Source of the DNA: an uncultured delta proteobacterium
GTDB taxonomy: Bacteria > Desulfobacterota > RBG-13-43-22
Assembly: GCA_963743305.1 (NCBI GenBank)
Contig: CAVUPH010000024.1
Span: 56,603-120,602 of the forward strand
Length of the DNA: 64,000 nt
Reading direction: 5' to 3'
The notes under the pieces are model-generated. The model was not told the origin of the DNA. It worked only from the letters and a program-made list of their open reading frames with translations, and did no database searches. Shown here one piece after another: positions 63,164 to 64,000 of the stretch (positions within the stretch are counted from its first letter, which is position 1; each line of letters begins with the position of its first letter). The position numbers were made by a program, and so were the translations under genes.

Positions 63164-63931
63164 ATGATGACTGCCTTTGAACTATCGAACCGAAAGATCG
63201 GACTTTGGTGGGTTTTGGTATTACTGGTACTCTTTTCTTTTCAGGGAAACCTTGTGGGCGGCGGCGCCGACGGCGGGCGAGGAGACGGCACTAAAAAATA
63301 ACCGCAAACATCCACTGGCTGGGGCATGACAGTTTCCGGATCGACGGGGAGGGCGTGGTGATCTATCTGGATCCCTACAAGCTCAAGGAAGGACCCCAGG
63401 CCGATCTGATCCTGATCACTCACGACCATCAGGACCACGCCTCGCCGGCCGACGTGGCCAAAATCCAGAGGCCGGATACGATCATCGTGACCATCGCCAA
63501 AGCCGCAGAAAAGTTTACCGGAGAGATCAAGACCGTGAAGCCGGGCGATGAATTGACGGTCAAAGGCGTTAAGATCAAGGCCGTTCCGGCCTACAACGTC
63601 AACAAATTCCGCAGCCCGGGAGTGCCCTTCCATCCCAAAGAGGCCGGGAATGTGGGGTATGTCATCACGGTCAAGGGGGTCCGGATCTACCACACCGGTG
63701 ATTCGGATTTCATTCCGGAGATGAAAGGCCTAGCTCCGGACGTAGCTTTGCTACCCGGTCAGCGGGACCTATGTCATGACCGCTGAGGAGGCTGTCGAGG
63801 CGGCGGCGGCCATCCAGCCCAAGGTGGCTATACCCATGCACGTCGGGGAAGGGATCGGCTCTCTGGCCGACGCCCAGCGCTTTAAGGAAAAGGCCGCGGT
63901 CCCGGTGATCGTTTTGCCTATAGAAAAATAA
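63164..63931 (+). CDS. MBL-fold metallo-hydrolase (two indels)
   Basis: IHWLGHDSF, THDHQDH, PAYN, YHTGDSD, then GTYVMT..IPMH in the shifted frame. Confidence 0.8.
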
Positions 63932-64000
63932 AAGGTCGAAGGCAAGAAAAAAATCAGGAGAGGACGGCGCTTAGGGGTATGGCCCAGAGGCGGTCCCCCA

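Overview
Bacterial chromosomal window. Gene content (BirA box with N14 spacer, FmdE, Uma2, accessory-ORF IS21 elements) suggests an anaerobic deltaproteobacterium (Desulfobacterota-like); this is inference. Many genes are broken by single-base indels, several in homopolymer runs, which points to long-read assembly error rather than mass pseudogenisation. Left to right: polyferredoxin, prfB with its programmed +1 frameshift, lnt, a lytic transglycosylase, an ECF sigma/anti-sigma triad, an SDR, and a Liv-type ABC transporter plus acyl-CoA ligase with palindromic repeats in every spacer. Next come a PilZ gene, a ~3,840-aa mosaic surface protein, a TPR/Slam-like barrel, a FecR protein and a convergent CHASE2 cyclase, then a receiver-domain/Ser-Thr kinase cluster and a BirA-regulated bioBAFD operon ending in a MoaD/ThiS-like gene. 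From ~47.2 kb lies a mobile-element pile. A Y1 (HUH) transposase gene is bounded by 23-bp terminal inverted repeats. An IS110-family element sits exactly in one of those repeats, and its downstream non-coding region folds like a bridge RNA whose loops match both the insertion site and the element's own circle junction. Three nested IS21 elements sit inside an IS66 remnant. An AT-rich three-gene locus follows (small peptide, hairpin, ~750-aa HExxH protein, HD-domain protein); I cannot assign it to a known system. No rRNA, tRNA or CRISPR array was seen.
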